Under the pieces are notes generated by a model, which had not been told where the DNA came from, did no database searches, and was given only the letters and a program-made list of their open reading frames with translations. 64,000 bases of DNA, taken from the NCBI GenBank assembly GCA_009859145.1, contig VRVR01000038.1, forward strand, positions 124,001 to 188,000. The letters run 5' to 3'. A program made the translations under genes and the position numbers. This document shows, in pieces, positions 10,149 through 22,639 of the stretch. Position 1 is the first letter of the stretch. Every line of letters begins with the position of its first letter. The stretch comes from Andalucia godoyi And28 (lineage: Eukaryota; Protista; Jakobida).

Positions 10149-11819
10149 ATGTCGAACCAACAGGAGGTGTTTAATAAGCTGTCGTCTGCCTCTGTGAAGG
10201 GTCACCAGGGATTAGGATTTGGCAAAGCGCGTACTGGAGGCCCCGTAAAGTCTGCGACTCCTTTTGCCGGAACCAAGATGTCATTTGACGTAGATGCACC
10301 TGCTAGCAAGGCTGTGCTGTCTCCGGAATCTGCATACCTTCCTCTAGTTGCCCGTTTTCTTGAGAACAGCGGCCTTTCAGAGGCCGCTCGTGTCATTCGT
10401 GCTGATTCGCGATTTCCTTTGACGGATGCATTTTCGAATCTCTCTGCGACATCTGTGTTTTCATCATTACCGATTATCAAAAGAACCGATGATATACCGA
10501 TGTCTGTTTCAGATTCCTCATCTTCGTCCGAGTCCGAGTCCTCATCTTCGTCCGAGTCCGAGTCCGAGTCCGAGTCCGAGTCCGAGTCCGAGTCTGAGTC
10601 CGAGTCCGAGTCCGAGTCCGAGTCCGAGTCCGAGTCCGAGTCCGAGTCCGAGTCCGAGTCCGAGTCTGAGGCAGCGTCTGCGGTCTCGTCCGATTCGTCA
10701 TCCGAGTCCGAGTCGGAAACCTCGAATAATGCTGAGATCCTGATGAAGGAGGTAGTCTCCAGCGTGTCCAGGAAAAGATCTCTTGAAGATGCCGTGGTTC
10801 CTGTTGCGAAAGTCGCTAAACTAGCCGCATCAGAAGATCTTAGCGCATCAGATTTGGAGAGCAGTGATTCATCGTCGTCCGGGTCTTCTTCGTCGTCGGC
10901 TTCTGAATCTGAATCTGAATCTGAGTCTGAGTCCGAGTCCGAGTCCGAGTCTGAATCCGAGGCAGCATCTGCGGTCTCGTCCGAGTCTGATTCGTCGTCG
11001 TCATCCGAGTCGTCGTCCGAGTCGTCGTCCGAGTCGTCGTCCGAGTCCGAGTCTGAGTCCGAGTCTGAATCCGAGGCAGCATCTGCGGTCTCGTCCGAGT
11101 CCGATTCGTCATCCGAGTCTGATTCGTCGTCTGATTCGTCATCTGAGTCCGAGTCCGAGTCCGAGTCCGAGTCCGAGTCCGAGTCCGAGTCCGAGTCCGA
11201 GTCCGAGTCCGAGTCCGAGTCCGAGTCCGAGTCCGAGTCCGAGTCCGAGTCCGAGTCCGAGTCCGAGTCCGAGTCCGAGTCCGAGGCAGAGGCAGAGGCA
11301 GAGGCAGCATCTGCGGTCTCGTCCGAGTCCGAGTCGTCGTCGTCGTCCGAGTCGTCGTCCGAGTCGTCGTCCGAGTCGTCGTCCGAGTCCGAGTCTGAGT
11401 CCGAGTCTGAATCCGAGGCAGCATCTGCGGTCTCGTCCGAGTCTGATTCGTCGTCCGAGTCCGATTCGTCGTCTGGTTCGTCTTCTCAAAAGTCTTCTGA
11501 ATCAGAGTTGTCAACTGCGTTCAAAACGAACGTTCACAAGGTTGCAACCCCTCCTGCTTCTCAAGCGAAGACCACCACTCCTGGAACAGCAGAAAGATTT
11601 CGTCGTGTCAAAGTGGAAGAGGTAGAGTTTGTTGATGACCGGATGAAGGATAATACTTATGCAGGAACTTTTGGAGAAGATGGATATGGCTTTAGGGCCA
11701 ATGAAGTTTTGAAGAATACTCGAGGAAAGAGCTTCCGACATGAAAAAACGAAGAAGAAGCGCGGAACGTACAGAGGAGGAGAGATTACAATGGAGTCCAG
11801 ATCCATCAAGTTTGATTAA
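10149..11819 (+). CDS. SRP40: SRP40/Nopp140 (NOLC1)-like nucleolar phosphoprotein, ~556 aa
   Basis: C-terminal SRP40_C motif (RFRRVK...DNTY...[32 protein letters not shown]...SIKFD), long Ser/Glu tract and LisH-like [11 protein letters not shown]. Confidence 0.9.
   Translation: MSNQQEVFNKLSSASVKGHQGLGFGKARTGGPVKSATPFAGTKMSFDVDAPASKAVLSPESAYLPLVARFLENSGLSEAARVIRADSRFPLTDAFSNLSATSVFSSLPIIKRTDDIPMSVSDSSSSSESESSSSSESESESESESESESESESESESESESESESESESESESEAASAVSSDSSSESESETSNNAEILMKEVVSSVSRKRSLEDAVVPVAKVAKLAASEDLSASDLESSDSSSSGSSSSSASESESESESESESESESESEAASAVSSESDSSSSSESSSESSSESSSESESESESESEAASAVSSESDSSSESDSSSDSSSESESESESESESESESESESESESESESESESESESESESESESESEAEAEAEAASAVSSESESSSSSESSSESSSESSSESESESESESEAASAVSSESDSSSESDSSSGSSSQKSSESELSTAFKTNVHKVATPPASQAKTTTPGTAERFRRVKVEEVEFVDDRMKDNTYAGTFGEDGYGFRANEVLKNTRGKSFRHEKTKKKRGTYRGGEITMESRSIKFD
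10515..11490 (+). repeat. Coding tandem repeat (TCCGAG)n with a higher-order GAGGCAGCATCTGCGGTCTCGTCC unit
   Basis: Seen directly; encodes (SE)n runs punctuated by EAASAVSS. Confidence 0.95.
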
Positions 11820-12044
11820 GTTTACCTATTCAACATTCATTTTGTGTCCGTTAAAAAAAGAATAAAAATCACTGAAAAAAATACTCAACAAGTTTTGGGT
11901 TTTTCAGATGTCATTGAAACCAAGGCTTGAAAGTAAAAATCAAACCAAAACCAGAGAACATCAACAGTCAAGAAGCGAAAACAGTAAAGAAACAAAAAAA
12001 AGAAAGAAAAAACGAGAAGAATCAATTCTTCACGGAACGGCTCG

Positions 12045-13277
12045 TTATGCTGCAAGCTGCTTAATGGTCGATTCAACGCTATCATAGTGCACATTTCCGT
12101 TCCCATCCGTCACGAAATTAAGCAAATCTTCCATCACAGTGTCATCGAACGCCAAGCCACTCTTGCGAAGGCACATGCGGAACATATGTCTGGGAACAAA
12201 TCCTTCTCCCGATTTATCGGCCTTTCGAGATTGTTGTCTCACAAACCCAAGTTGACCAGTCAAGTCTCGCGCCGCCTGTGCAACGCCTCCAGAAACATTT
12301 CCGGCCGAAGACTTTGGGGTCGACGGAACTGAGCGAGAAGGCTGCAGAACGGATGGAGATCCTGGAGCACCAGGGACAATCTGTTTTCCATGTCTTTTCT
12401 TGTGCTGAAGACCTTCTTCAATAATGCGGAGTACGTCATCGATAGGGACGCTTTGTTCAACCCGTCCATACAACTCTGCCATCATATCCTGCAACGGAAA
12501 ATCGTCTGCATACCGACCTAAAGCTCGTCGAATGTTTGCAGAAGAAATGATACCAGGCTGGTACTGATCTCCGAATTGCTCAAGAGACTTTCGCACCTCA
12601 TCCAGAGAAACGCCATCAAAACGACGCACAATCTTTGAATAAAAGGCATTTCGGTCAGTAGCCGACAGCGGATCGAGACCAGCAGGATCAACGGAACCGA
12701 CGGGTCCAGCAGATTGACCATTTGCAGAGGAAGACCAAGCAGCAGAATCGGATCCAGAACGCTGATTACTTCCATATGACGTTGTCAGAGAAGAATGCGA
12801 CGGCGTATTCGACTGCGATGGTCCCGAAGAAGAGGAAAATGCAGCAGGAGAAAATTCTCGCAGAAACGCCTGACGAGTAATCTGATACCTCCGCTCAGGA
12901 TCAAGAACGGTGACAAGATCCTGGAACATATTTCCTCGGCAGCGCATCTTCAACACGTGCTCAAGCCCTTCTTGCAACTCCACATACGACAAAACACCAT
13001 GGTTGTGAGTGTCGAACTGCGAAAACATGTCCTCCGCAGAGACATGCTTCTGACGCTCAGCACGCTCCAGGATATCCCGACGTAAAACTTCAAACCGGGC
13101 CTGACGGTCGTCGAGCTGTTGGGCAGGGAATGCTGATCCGGCAGCAGCAGCAGGCGTCGCTCCTACGGGAATTGTCGGGGCAGAAGACTGCTGACGACGG
13201 GGCTGCGGAGCGTCATTTTGACCGCCATAGATAATAGAAGAAGCCGCCTGGCCTTCATTGTACGATTTACGAGACAT
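12045..13277 (-). CDS. Multi-EF-hand calcium-binding protein
   Basis: EF-hand-like loops FDTHNHGVLSYVEL, LDPERRYQITRQAF, ADKSGEGFVPRHMF and VTDGNGNVHYD. First ATG at 13277. Confidence 0.75.
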   Translation of the reverse strand: MSRKSYNEGQAASSIIYGGQNDAPQPRRQQSSAPTIPVGATPAAAAGSAFPAQQLDDRQARFEVLRRDILERAERQKHVSAEDMFSQFDTHNHGVLSYVELQEGLEHVLKMRCRGNMFQDLVTVLDPERRYQITRQAFLREFSPAAFSSSSGPSQSNTPSHSSLTTSYGSNQRSGSDSAAWSSSANGQSAGPVGSVDPAGLDPLSATDRNAFYSKIVRRFDGVSLDEVRKSLEQFGDQYQPGIISSANIRRALGRYADDFPLQDMMAELYGRVEQSVPIDDVLRIIEEGLQHKKRHGKQIVPGAPGSPSVLQPSRSVPSTPKSSAGNVSGGVAQAARDLTGQLGFVRQQSRKADKSGEGFVPRHMFRMCLRKSGLAFDDTVMEDLLNFVTDGNGNVHYDSVESTIKQLAA

Positions 13278-13534
13278 TTGATCCAAAAATAAAAGCGTCT
13301 AAAATCACGATCAAGATTGAAGAAGAGAGAGAGGGAGAGAGAGAGAGAAATAAAAAGAAGATCATAAAAGGGGGGGCAGCAACCGACGAACAGACAAGAC
13401 GAAGAGAACCATAAGAGCGCGTTGACGGCCAATGTCGATTTCCGGGATTTTTCCTCAAACAGACTTGAACAGGAGACCGTTGCGTTAAAAAAAGTCGAGT
13501 CCGGCATAATGTTGACATTTGACGACAGTCCTTT

Positions 13535-14214
13535 CCGCTCGCCAAAAACATGAATCACTACTGATCATCGGCTTAGCGGTCACCAAAGACAGATCCAAGC
13601 CTCGCGTTTTTTGTTTTTTGTTTTTGTTTTTGGGCTATTTTATTTGGGGCGAGCACCACCTCTTCCATGCAGTCAAAGGATCATCGCAACCAAACCTATT
13701 CCCCAATCGATTCAACATTCATAAAATAAACGTTGGAGGAAACAGAATGTAGTCGGCGAACGCCGCCGCGCCGGACGACGCTTTTGCCTTTGCTCCTTCT
13801 TGTTCTCTGACCTGAAAGCGCATTCCAAACGCAATCGATCACTTCTTCGTGATCTGATGATCATCCGCCTGCTCAGCAAGTTGCGACGAGAGGGGAATCA
13901 ACGGGTTTCGTGGTTCTCGGTGTCTTCGGGCATGGCCGGACTGAGTTTGTTGGGAAGACCCCTCTTTGGAGGCATGCGATGTGTTTTGTCTTTGTCTCTG
14001 GTGAAAGGTGCTGCTTGAGGGTTCGATTATAAATATAAGAAACAAACAGAAAAATGGTGGAAAGAAAGAAAAATAGTGAGTGAGAGAAATTCTGGATTTT
14101 GACTACGGTCAGGAAATCACGTCCCCCCCCATAGGGTTAAGTTGGTGTGAAAGCTTCCAGTATGATGTTGTTCGTTTGATGTTCAACGTTGATATACAAA
14201 GCCTTCAACCGTCA
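13535..14214 (-). mobile_element. Interspersed ~680-bp repeat, family 2, copy B
   Basis: Inverted near-identical copy of 1623-2301. Ends TGACGGTTGAAGG... and ...ATGTTTTTGGCGAGCGG. Confidence 0.8.
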
Positions 14215-14293
14215 CCCCTGTGCTGGCGAACGACGTTGATGGTGGGTGCGGCTTTTGCGAGTGCAGGCGACCGTGTTTTTGTGAGCGCAAAAG

Positions 14294-14857
14294 ATGGAAG
14301 AGCAGTTTGACAGCCTTCCAAAGGCCGATTTTTTTGCTCGATGGCGAGGTATCCGTAGTGCTATTCGAGCAGTCCTTCACAAGCAACGATTGTCGCTTGG
14401 GCGCTTTTGCGAGTCAGTTTTGCAGATTCCGTTTTCCCATGTGTATTACCAATTTCTCAATGAAGCTGTTCAGCATCCCCCGTCTCGCCACAAGAATTCT
14501 TTTGGTCGTACTTTTGCTCTTGCATGCTGGAATTTCGCATCGTCTGTTTCTTGCGTTGCCAATTCGGCGGTATTCGACATTTCTTCACAACAACTCTTGT
14601 CGTATGCTGTTTCCTGTCTAATGATCGACAAAGTTGCTCGTCTCGAGGAGTTCCATATCGTTCGCATTGAGTTTCTGACTCCTTCGGAAGACATTGTTGT
14701 TTATGCATCCCATGAGCTGGAGGCAGAAACATGCATCCGTGTCATCGATGACATGTTCTCAGAGGTTCTCGGTTCGTTGGAGCAACAGCAGATCAGCGGA
14801 TGGGATCAGCGGGTTAGAATAAGAAAGCACGAGAAACACGTCAAAGAAACCGGGTAG
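14294..14857 (+). CDS. Hypothetical protein, 187 aa (uncertain)
   Basis: ATG-initiated ORF with protein-like composition filling the gap between repeat B and the citrate synthase 3' end; no motif recognised. Confidence 0.3.
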   Translation: MEEQFDSLPKADFFARWRGIRSAIRAVLHKQRLSLGRFCESVLQIPFSHVYYQFLNEAVQHPPSRHKNSFGRTFALACWNFASSVSCVANSAVFDISSQQLLSYAVSCLMIDKVARLEEFHIVRIEFLTPSEDIVVYASHELEAETCIRVIDDMFSEVLGSLEQQQISGWDQRVRIRKHEKHVKETG

Positions 14858-14982
14858 TTTATTAATTTTCCCAAAGGATTCGAATGTCGACGGGATTGAA
14901 AGTGAGGAAGGAAACAACAACAACAACGACGACGACAAGAACAACAGTACTGAAGCCACATCACCATCGGATCCATGTTCAG

Positions 14983-16383
14983 TTACTTCGCAGTGCCGTA
15001 GTGATGATCAGCGCCTCGATTTCTGCGTATTGAAGCTTCGGAAACGGAAGTACCCAGATCTGGAGATACGGATTTGACTCGATTCTCCATTGGGATGAAT
15101 TTGCGATCGCGGGCGCCTTCGTAAACTTGGCGAGGACGATAGATACGAAGCTCAGGATCTGACAAAGATTCAATCCAATGGGCAAGCCAGCCCGCCACAC
15201 GGGGAATACAGAAAAGGACGGGGAAGTAGTCCGAGGGAAATCCAAGAGTATGGTAAATCATTCCTGTGAAGAAATCGACGTTTGGATACAGTTTTCGCGA
15301 CACAAAATAGTCGTCAGCTAAGGCGGCCTTCTCCAGCGCAAGAGCAATCTCCATGAGAGGCGAGGTACCGAGAGTATCAAACACATCCATGGCAACTTTC
15401 TTCAAAATTTTCGCACGAGGGTCGTAGTTCTTGTACACACGGTGTCCGAACCCCATCAGCTTGCGTTTCTTGTTCTTCACATCATCCAAGAACTGGTTAA
15501 CATTTTCCGGTTTTCCAATCTCCTTGAGCTGTTCCAACACAGCTTCGTTGGCACCACCGTGCAACGGGCCGTAGAGAGCACCTGCCGCACCTGCAACTGC
15601 AGTGTACGGGTCGACAGCAGAAGACGCTAGATGGCGCATTGCAGCAGTTGAGCAATTTAATTCATGTTCTGCATGCAGGATAAACAATATCTCCATTGCA
15701 CGGGTAATGCGCGGGTCTGGGCGATATTCAACTTCCGACAACCTGTCAAGCATGTAGAGGAAATTTTCTGCGTAGCCCAGCGTGTTCACCGGGGTGTTGT
15801 ACGGACGTCCAATGCGATGGCGATAGGCACAGGCAGCAATTGTTGGAACTTTGCCCAATATACGGAAGAGTTGTTTGTTTCGAAGACTGGATCTTGCATC
15901 ATTTTTTGAATCATACAAACACGGTCCTTGCAACGCTGGATTCGCATTCGGGTAAAATGTCGAGAGCGCTGCAACCGACGAGATAACCATGCCCATTGGA
16001 TGTGCGTCATATCGGAAAGTTTTCATCAGATCTTCCAAGTTCACATGCAGATACGTGTGGTGCATGATGCGTTCTTCCCACTCTGCCAACTGTTCCTTTG
16101 TCGGCAAGTCTCCATGAATCAAAAGGAATGCAACCTCTAAGAACGTACAGTGGTCAACCAGATCTTCAATATTGTAGCCACGATACTCGAGAATTCCCTT
16201 GTCACCGTCAATGTAACAGATCTTGGATTTCGCAATGGAGGTGTTCATAAAACCCGGATCGTACGACATGATTCCGAGATCCTTGAGATCAGTGGCCCGA
16301 ACAAACTCGCCATTGAACACCGGGCACTCAATGGATTTTCCAGTCCGATTGTCAGTCACAGTAAGAGAATCGCGGACAGTCAT
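14983..16383 (-). CDS. CS: Citrate synthase, bacterial/peroxisomal type, 466 aa
   Basis: Motifs YDPGFMNT....SKICYIDGDKGILEYRGY, HAEHELNCST, GPLHGGANEAV, LMGFGHRVYKNYDPRAK and LYPNVDF. Start set at MTVRDSL because the upstream ORF is repetitive T-rich sequence. Confidence 0.96.
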   Translation of the reverse strand: MTVRDSLTVTDNRTGKSIECPVFNGEFVRATDLKDLGIMSYDPGFMNTSIAKSKICYIDGDKGILEYRGYNIEDLVDHCTFLEVAFLLIHGDLPTKEQLAEWEERIMHHTYLHVNLEDLMKTFRYDAHPMGMVISSVAALSTFYPNANPALQGPCLYDSKNDARSSLRNKQLFRILGKVPTIAACAYRHRIGRPYNTPVNTLGYAENFLYMLDRLSEVEYRPDPRITRAMEILFILHAEHELNCSTAAMRHLASSAVDPYTAVAGAAGALYGPLHGGANEAVLEQLKEIGKPENVNQFLDDVKNKKRKLMGFGHRVYKNYDPRAKILKKVAMDVFDTLGTSPLMEIALALEKAALADDYFVSRKLYPNVDFFTGMIYHTLGFPSDYFPVLFCIPRVAGWLAHWIESLSDPELRIYRPRQVYEGARDRKFIPMENRVKSVSPDLGTSVSEASIRRNRGADHHYGTAK

Positions 16384-17129
16384 CGAGAAAGCCTCCTTCG
16401 TGCACAAAATGCAATACTGAGAAGAGTGAAGCAACAGCAACCACAACAGCAACAAAAAGAAACAAGAAACAAGAAACAAGAAAAAAGTAAAAAGTAAAAA
16501 GTAAAAAGTAAAAAGTAAAAAGAAAAGAACGTCTCGACGATGGTAAACTCCAAGCAGTGCCCAATTTTTTCCGTCGAAAATCGAGAGACTAGGCTGGAGA
16601 AAGTGGAGAGCACGCACACAGGAACTCGAATCGACAATAGTCAAAAGGGGATCCTTCTGCGGTTGCCACTTACTGCGATATGATGGAGCAATCCAAAGCG
16701 CACGTAAAGCACAAAAACACTGCAACGCGCCATGCGCATACGTCTGTTATCTTCACAGCTCCGTCACACGATGCCCCCGATTTGTTTCGCCCCATTCTGA
16801 TCATGAAATCCCTATACATACGCCGCCGTGTTGCATTCTCGCACAGCGACGCTCATTTCTTATTTTTATTTTTATTTTTATTGTCCATGCAACGCACCAT
16901 GTACGTCACACCCGCAACGCTGCGCAACACCGATGGCGTCTCCACCGCCGCCGGAAAGATCCGCAGCATCCACGCCGGCTCCAATCGCATGCACTGCCTC
17001 TGTGGTTGACACAATAAAAGAACACAAAAGTGCTAATTTATTCTACACTAAACGAAAGAGAAAAGAATCGTAAGCAAAAACACAAACACAAACACAAACG
17101 GCGAAAGTGACTACAGCAGGCGCAAGCTA

Positions 17130-17678
17130 CAACGGACAGCGCAGCGCCGAAAGCAGACGCAAACAGAGCCCGCGGCGAAAGCAGTGAAGGTGAAGATGGC
17201 TCAGCGCAGTGCGCATTTCCTCTGCATCCCACAGCCGCTTGTCAAGCGCGTGATTGCGCTGGATCTCGGTCTTCGAAGATCGCCAAGGCGATAACTGCGC
17301 GGCAGATACTGACATGGGGCCGTCATCAATTCCAACAGCGGCTGCTCTGCAAAAACCGTGCTAATTCGCGGGGGCGGCAGGTGTCGATTGTGACTTGTGA
17401 CGGAGGAGTTCACGTTTAAAGCGTGCGGCCGTTGCGCGGAAATCCATCGCAGGTTGTATGGAAACAAGGTGTGTTTTGTTGCCCATCGTGCAAATGCACG
17501 GTCGACCACGACTGGAACGGCGCGCGCAACATCTACATCTATCTTAGGAACGTCTCTCATGCCGAGGGGCGTGTTGGGGCCTACCCCCCTTCCCAATTAT
17601 GCTATGCATTTTGTTGGGTCGCAACATTGATTATGGGTGATCAGCGATGATTATCCGTGGTTAGTATGCAATGTAGGC
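17130..17678 (+). mobile_element. Multiply deleted, frameshifted Fanzor2/TnpB relic with its right end (putative omegaRNA)
   Basis: My translation gives PAAKAVKVKM, HFLCIP, VIALDLGLR (RuvC-I), TARQILTWGRHQFQQRLL, VTEEFTFKACGRC, CPSC and VDHDWNGARNIY (RuvC-III), in the correct order. The 3' tail is homologous to 28336-28408. Confidence 0.88.
17564..17678 (+). ncRNA. Putative Fanzor omegaRNA scaffold (5' boundary uncertain)
   Basis: Stem GTTGGG/CCCAAT with GCCTAC inside, an 18-bp wobble-rich hairpin at 17626-17665 capped by GCGA, and terminal GTAGGC complementary to GCCTAC. Confidence 0.65.
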
Positions 17679-17911
17679 AGTGTTGTGTTTTGTTTCAACT
17701 TTCAAAACGTACAACAGCTGCAGTTGAGTTCACTTGAGTGGCCGGGTTCATGCCTTTCGGAAAAATTGGAGAATCAACGACCCATCAAAACCGTGGACAA
17801 TCGTGCATTTCCCGTCGCCAGTTTCTCCCCGAACGTATTTTATTTATAGCGAAACGGCAAATATCTGTGTTTTATCCATCACAAATTTCACAGAGTACAG
17901 CGAATTGAGCC

Positions 17912-19828
17912 ATGAGTCCTTATCCCAAATCGGATGTTGAAAGGCCTTCGACGGTTGGCACTCAGGAGCTGTCTCACAGCACTATTGCTTCTGATGACAA
18001 CGCACGCACGATGGCAGCCAAGCTGGATCGCATGTTTCGACCAGGCGTTTGGAAGGGCCTTCGATCTCCTCGTAGCATAGTTTTGTATCTTTTCATGTTT
18101 TCCATCGGATTGAATATTGCTGTGGCTGTCTGCCCCTGGAATTATGTTCAGTTCGAAACACCCCGCGTTCATGATCCTCGAGCAACGTTCTATTTTGAAT
18201 ATTGGACCCTGGAGAATTTTGGAGGAAATTGTACCACCGCCAACGGAAGGTTTTCGTATGATGAAGTTCCATGCATGCCTGTTTCCTCCTTTCAAAAGCG
18301 GTTTCAAGGATGTGCTGGATTGATCAACGACGAGAAAGAACGCATTCAAAATGCTGTACGCGTGTCGCTTGCCGCTACATGCACCATGTTTCTGACTTTC
18401 GGATTTATCTTGTTTTGGATATCCAGACCCTACATGAAATCGTTGTTGTATAGGTTGATTGGTCTAAATGTGCTCTGTATTGTTCTTTCGATACCGGTTC
18501 CTGCAATATTCAGTTCCGAGAATGAGTATTTTCCCATCCGATGTTTTCGTGATTTTCTGGAGCAGAATGCCGAATTCGATCTTGAAGATTCCGATGCATT
18601 TACGACCCAGTTGCTTGCAAGCTTTTACCTAAGCATTCTGACTTGTGTCATCCTTACTTTCTCTGTAATTTATCTGGTCATGGAGATCAAAACAACGCAG
18701 TCGAAGGTGTCTCTATTGTCTTTGCTGCAAGGATTTGAAGATAAGATGTTTCGTTTGCAACAGGTTACCAAAGCTTCATCTGTCCAATTAGACTCCCTTA
18801 TATATGAATTTCAAATGCTGGAAAGCATGCAGGATGCGCTGAGTGCAAAGATTGGGCATGTCACAAGTGAAGAGGATCGTGCCAGGCTCGAGAGCGAACT
18901 CGCAGAAGTTCGTCAGTCCTTGCTGGAATCTCGCAAACGGTTTGAGGCCCAGTCGGCAATGCAGGATTACTTGGCAACCGACCAGGCCAAAATGCTAGCC
19001 GATTTATCTAACCGCATCGATTCCTTTGGAGATTGTACAACGAAATATGCTGCATTGTTGCAGGAAAAACTCACTGTTGTCGACGTTGAAATCGAAAGGA
19101 ATTATCGAACACAACAGTTGAACAAGATGCAGTACATGGAGAAGAAGATGGTTCGATTGCATGCCGCAAATGACAGCAACCAAATTGAGATTCTTATCCA
19201 AAAGCAACAACAGTTTACGAAAGAGGCTGAAGAGCGAGAGAGAATACTTGATGGAACCGTGAATCCCCATTTGCGTAGATTTTACCTTCTATTCCAATCC
19301 AAGCTCAATGCAATCTTCGAAGCTTCTCGAGTCCTCTCTTCAGGTTTGGTTCAGCGTCGTATGAACTCGAAAACGGACAAAGCTGCGTCCACAATAGAAT
19401 TGGCTGGTCTTTGGATTCCTATTCCTGGATTTCATTTTTTCGCAGCTGCCTCAGGGGTAGCGTTCCGTGCATACGCCGATCGTCGGGAATACAACCAGAC
19501 CACTCAGCAAGGAGAGCTGTTTGTCTCCACGTCTCAGATGAATGAGCTTGTCGAGGAAGTGTCGTTTCTTTTGGTCCAAAAGTGGGAACAGGAATTGTAT
19601 GATTTATTCATTTCATCACCATACTGGCCAGACGACATAGTTGTCTTTGTAGAACAGTCCATTTACGCGATTCTGAAGTGGATCCGGACTCAAGAAGAAG
19701 CATCCGAGGCGTTTTTGGACAACGCACCGTCTTTAACCACTGCTTTTGTCAAGGCTGCCTCTGCGCATGTGCGGATCAACGCTGATCAAGCCGAGTTGAC
19801 AAGGAAATCGAAGAAGCGGAAAGGGTGA
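17912..19828 (+). CDS. Hypothetical multi-pass membrane protein with a long coiled-coil region, 638 aa
   Basis: Long ATG ORF with about four hydrophobic segments in the N-terminal third, then a heptad-rich Q/E/L/K region. Confidence 0.8.
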   Translation: MSPYPKSDVERPSTVGTQELSHSTIASDDNARTMAAKLDRMFRPGVWKGLRSPRSIVLYLFMFSIGLNIAVAVCPWNYVQFETPRVHDPRATFYFEYWTLENFGGNCTTANGRFSYDEVPCMPVSSFQKRFQGCAGLINDEKERIQNAVRVSLAATCTMFLTFGFILFWISRPYMKSLLYRLIGLNVLCIVLSIPVPAIFSSENEYFPIRCFRDFLEQNAEFDLEDSDAFTTQLLASFYLSILTCVILTFSVIYLVMEIKTTQSKVSLLSLLQGFEDKMFRLQQVTKASSVQLDSLIYEFQMLESMQDALSAKIGHVTSEEDRARLESELAEVRQSLLESRKRFEAQSAMQDYLATDQAKMLADLSNRIDSFGDCTTKYAALLQEKLTVVDVEIERNYRTQQLNKMQYMEKKMVRLHAANDSNQIEILIQKQQQFTKEAEERERILDGTVNPHLRRFYLLFQSKLNAIFEASRVLSSGLVQRRMNSKTDKAASTIELAGLWIPIPGFHFFAAASGVAFRAYADRREYNQTTQQGELFVSTSQMNELVEEVSFLLVQKWEQELYDLFISSPYWPDDIVVFVEQSIYAILKWIRTQEEASEAFLDNAPSLTTAFVKAASAHVRINADQAELTRKSKKRKG

Positions 19829-19877
19829 GCACATTTCAGTTTTAGCGATTCAAAAGGAACGAGAAATCAAAACCCTG

Positions 19878-22639
<2,762 letters not shown>

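Noticed and set aside
10426-11625. (PS)n and (TR)n ORFs in the ORF track
   Set aside because: Alternative-frame and antisense readings of the TCCGAG repeat.
16384-16725. 115-aa N-terminal extension of citrate synthase
   Set aside because: Runs through (AAAAGT)n/(AAACAAG)n simple repeats; no convincing PTS2, presequence or splice donor.
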